DNA from: Verrucomicrobiota bacterium
Lineage (GTDB): Bacteria; Verrucomicrobiota; Verrucomicrobiia; Limisphaerales; CANJSG01
Assembly (NCBI GenBank): GCA_038209745.1
Contig: JBBQXJ010000012.1
Span: 5,429 to 69,428 of the forward strand
Direction of reading: 5' to 3'
Length of the DNA: 64,000 nucleotides
Below the pieces are notes generated by a model. That model saw nothing but the letters and a program-made list of their open reading frames with translations. It ran no database searches and was not told the DNA's origin. Below are positions 62,101-64,000 of the stretch, piece by piece; the stretch's first letter is position 1, and every line of letters begins with the position of its first letter. The position numbers were made by a program, and so were the translations under genes.

Positions 62101-64000
62101 CGTGAACCTCAACGATTCCGACGACGGCGACTCAGGGCCAAACGATCTCCAGAACTTTCCTGTGCTCACCGGCGCAATCGGGGACGGGGCCAATCTGACG
62201 ATCATGGGGAACATGGCGGGACGCAGCGGCGCAACGCTGGCCCTGGATTTCTACTGGAGCCAGGACTGTGGCGCGTCCGGCTTCGGCGCGGGCACCGTCT
62301 ATCTCGGCTCGAAGACGATCACCTCGGACGCGACGGGGATGGCTGCTTTCAGCGCCGACTTCGCGGCTGCGGTTCCAGCGGGTGGAGTCGTCACGGCGAC
62401 GGCGACTTCCGCCGACGGCAACACATCGGAGTTCTCGCGATGCCAGCCAGTCTCGGAACGGATTTCCGTCCGGCCCTTCGCCGGTTTGGATTTCAACGGA
62501 CTGGGTGGAGGAAGGTTGTCGGACATGGGGGGAGTGCTCGCGGTCTCGAATGTCGGCGCGTCCGGCAACGACGGGTTGGGACTGGTGCTCGGACGGGCGG
62601 ACGGTTGGCGCGGCGAGTTCCGCTGGCCGACCGTGGATTCCCGCGGGATGCGCTTTACCACGACGGTCAGCGGCGACTCCGGAAGCATCACCGGCCAGGT
62701 CTTGGCCTCGACCTTCTACGAAGTGAAGGAACGGGACGGCAGCTTCAGGGTCGATTTCTCCGGCGTGGATTCCAAAACTTCGCGGATCGAACTGCGCGAT
62801 GTGGACGGCATCGTCATCGGTGCCGGCATCGTGGACAACGCCACGGCCTTCCTTTTCGACGGGGAAACCGGTGCAGGCCAAAGCGGGGTGATCCTTCCGG
62901 ATAAACTGACCACCATGGCGACTCCCGATGGAGTGTCGGTGTGCCTCGAGTTTTCAGAGGACGTGTTCATCCAAAACCTGCCCGCTGGCGTCCGGCAGGC
63001 GCTGAACCATCCGGGGCTGCGACGCCTGTTGCTCATGGGATTGGGCGGTCGACCGGTGAGTGCGATCTCCTCGGTGGATCTCCGGGCGGCGCTGCCCCCG
63101 ACGTTGAAGGGTGCCCCGACCGGCAGCTTCGAGATTGCCAGGTCTGAGGTGTCGTTGTTCGGATTGTTTCAACATTCCGGGGGGGTGAACCTGGAAGTGT
63201 CGAAGGGTTCCCCGACCGATGCAGCTTTGATCGGTCTTTTGAATCCGGTTCCCGACACATTGGCCACTGCCTCGATCGATCTTTCCAATGCGGGGAGTTG
63301 CCGTTTTTCCTGGCTGCCGTTCGGACCGGCTGACGTGCCGGCCGATGGACGCCTGCGTCTGGCATTCTCGGCGTTCACCGGCGGCGACAAGGGAGGGCGC
63401 AACATTCCCGTCGGTGAACTCACTCTGCAAAAGACGGGCTCCGGCCTCGAACTCTCCGGTGCAGCTGGCGTTTGGAGCGGTCCGATGGCGCGGGTGCAGG
63501 TCTTTCGCCAAGGCGCGGTGGCCTTTGACGAGCTTCGCCCGCTGGCCCAGCCGCTGGCCCGATTCGAGTCTTGGCCGACCGGAGCGGAAGCCAGCGGCAG
63601 GGGAGACGCGTCCATATACGGAATCCTCGTCGGCCTCCTCTTCCCTGCAGATCACCACTCCGTGATCGAGATCGGCGGTCTCAAGATCGACGGCGACGCC
63701 ATTCTTGTCTCAGCCGGACAGGCGACGGCGCCCGTCCGGTATCTGGAAACGGCGACCTTCGAGTTCAATCTGGGACGGATCAAACTGACCAACGAGCAAA
63801 TGGCTCCGGCGACGCTGCCTCCCTTGGACCTTGGGAGGGACGCCGATCAATCGATGCTCCGGATTCCGACCGACCCGGCCCGCCGATACAGGCTCATGTC
63901 GAGCGAGGATCCTGCCGCGACCGTCTGGGATCCAGTCTCCTCCTTTATGGGCGACGGGACAACCCGTGCGATCCCCATCACGACGAGCGGCGAAGCGAGT
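59153..64000 (+). CDS. Giant secreted FG-GAP/VCBS + Ig-like + CSLREA + right-handed beta-helix protein; the 3' end lies off the window
   Basis: Frame 2 has no stop from 58964 to the window end, so the ORF track does not list it. GTG at 59153 gives a signal peptide (RPRRPGFIHCLVASLIVAALVGALPAAAAPA). There are about 7 FG-GAP repeats (VGDFNGDGRPDLV, VADMNGDGKLDVV, IADFNEDGSPDVV...). The CSLREA motif (NGQVSLREAILRAN) lies at about 60750-60790. Many PbH1-type turns follow (ISGN...GI.V). Near 63880 an RYRLMSSEDP...W segment resembles the C-terminal module seen in the RCC1 and NHL proteins. Confidence 0.85.
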   Translation, partial: MKNVDSRTKLVRPRRPGFIHCLVASLIVAALVGALPAAAAPAFDHPVRYSAGGYHNYGVAVGDFNGDGRPDLVTVSALSSELSVLLNRGDGTYDPEVRFPSDNADRQLQAVGVADMNGDGKLDVVAVGESPEGVVVFLGRGDGTFDVGRGFPCGSVNNRFLAIADFNEDGSPDVVVVSSGNSMVAAAASLLYGSKDGTFFLKDTFVWAPNSHLPAGTGVAVADFNRDGHADLAIANASGPTSVLLGHGDGTFSLQADLSADPGLWQAICVADLNRDGIPDLAGIALLLNPATQSFRSVVVAALGHGDGTFEPVAQYSILSDSRAGIAVGDFDGGGPDIAVAGYDGRVEVYSNRGDGTFQDGTFRHPADSFYLGGSRADNLLAVDLNGDGRPDLAVSTQELAGSPAGLVVLKNTTAKRLASLVLTSPVAVELGARFSMTVTAYDQFGAPFPDYRGTVYFFSSDKSDCGQVPADYTFNAADGGTHVFTDEATLLSSGQRTVTAVDAMVPALQDSRDVTVSEGLTVTTASDETSNNGQVSLREAILRANQTPRSAVKPAVIRFNLCPATDETLVLAPLSELPAVQGAVVIDGFSQPGARPNTLAIGDNALRRIVLEGKQTGSGANGLTLEGAAEVRGLEIRAFDARGIHVNKSDGGVIRGNHIHDNLTDGIDLESGNWTVGGNRPEDRNLVSGNRSSGILVHDDDPGNLGHRILGNYIGTDHQGSNAIAGQWSGGIVIIGSANTVVGGNGASARNVISGNSGPGIVVTGNSTDTVLRGNFVGPSASGVLALGNSMGIVVSNALRTVVGGATLGDGNTLSGNALHGLVVARGSQNTLIQGNRVGLVPSGKFALPNGGDGIAVLENALDTMIGGGPETAVNLISGNHANGIRLSGGSRTQLLCNDIGPADKDGAALGNGGYGIAIVPDPLHPGSPDGNVIGGILPGMQNVIAFNARGGIGATTGLKNSIRGNSIFGNGGLGIDLGTAGVNLNDSDDGDSGPNDLQNFPVLTGAIGDGANLTIMGNMAGRSGATLALDFYWSQDCGASGFGAGTVYLGSKTITSDATGMAAFSADFAAAVPAGGVVTATATSADGNTSEFSRCQPVSERISVRPFAGLDFNGLGGGRLSDMGGVLAVSNVGASGNDGLGLVLGRADGWRGEFRWPTVDSRGMRFTTTVSGDSGSITGQVLASTFYEVKERDGSFRVDFSGVDSKTSRIELRDVDGIVIGAGIVDNATAFLFDGETGAGQSGVILPDKLTTMATPDGVSVCLEFSEDVFIQNLPAGVRQALNHPGLRRLLLMGLGGRPVSAISSVDLRAALPPTLKGAPTGSFEIARSEVSLFGLFQHSGGVNLEVSKGSPTDAALIGLLNPVPDTLATASIDLSNAGSCRFSWLPFGPADVPADGRLRLAFSAFTGGDKGGRNIPVGELTLQKTGSGLELSGAAGVWSGPMARVQVFRQGAVAFDELRPLAQPLARFESWPTGAEASGRGDASIYGILVGLLFPADHHSVIEIGGLKIDGDAILVSAGQATAPVRYLETATFEFNLGRIKLTNEQMAPATLPPLDLGRDADQSMLRIPTDPARRYRLMSSEDPAATVWDPVSSFMGDGTTRAIPITTSGEAS

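Overview
High-GC (~63-65% by eye) chromosomal segment, most consistent with a PVC-superphylum bacterium, probably Verrucomicrobiota (Opitutae-like). This is inferred from the paired PSCyt/DUF1549/DUF1553 and DUF1501 genes, DUF1080, the many secreted beta-propeller repeat proteins ending in F[YF]RL, and a flagellar cluster. Content from left to right: (1) an L-rhamnose uptake/catabolism block (ABC permease tail, rhaS-like binding protein, rhaB, rhaM) followed directly by lutABC; (2) a Cache-type Ser/Thr kinase and a C-terminal scrap of a Pnkp-like RNA-repair gene; (3) ftsK, a GAF-PAS hybrid histidine kinase, and def / pfkB-family kinase / parB; (4) ilvE-mcsA-mcsB-clpC; (5) the PSD/DUF1501 pair; (6) secreted RCC1, unknown and NHL propeller proteins; (7) CBM9-like, transglutaminase-hydrolase fusion, DUF1080, HDAC-like and copA genes; (8) a flagellar block flgF-G-A-H-I-J(rod-binding)-N-K-L; (9) a decayed IS630 transposase plus an orphan tRNA 3' fragment; (10) an ECF sigma, a WD40 Ser/Thr kinase, and a giant open-ended FG-GAP/CSLREA/beta-helix gene that the ORF track omits. 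The most interesting signal is in non-coding structure. The rhamnose-lactate locus (1-9.8 kb) has been colonised at four separate intergenic junctions by small repeat-bounded elements. These are a RAYT/IS200-like gene with ~58-nt inverted REP-like arms, a REPIN-like doublet, a four-helix-bundle (Avd/23S-IVS family) gene bracketed by 19-bp inverted repeats, and a ~50% GC two-ORF cassette bracketed by 28-bp inverted repeats built from three 10-bp-phased ACACAGAT units. The last element is followed by serial duplications of the lutC start region. No CRISPR array, rRNA or intact tRNA was seen. All function calls come from reading motifs by eye, since no database search was possible.
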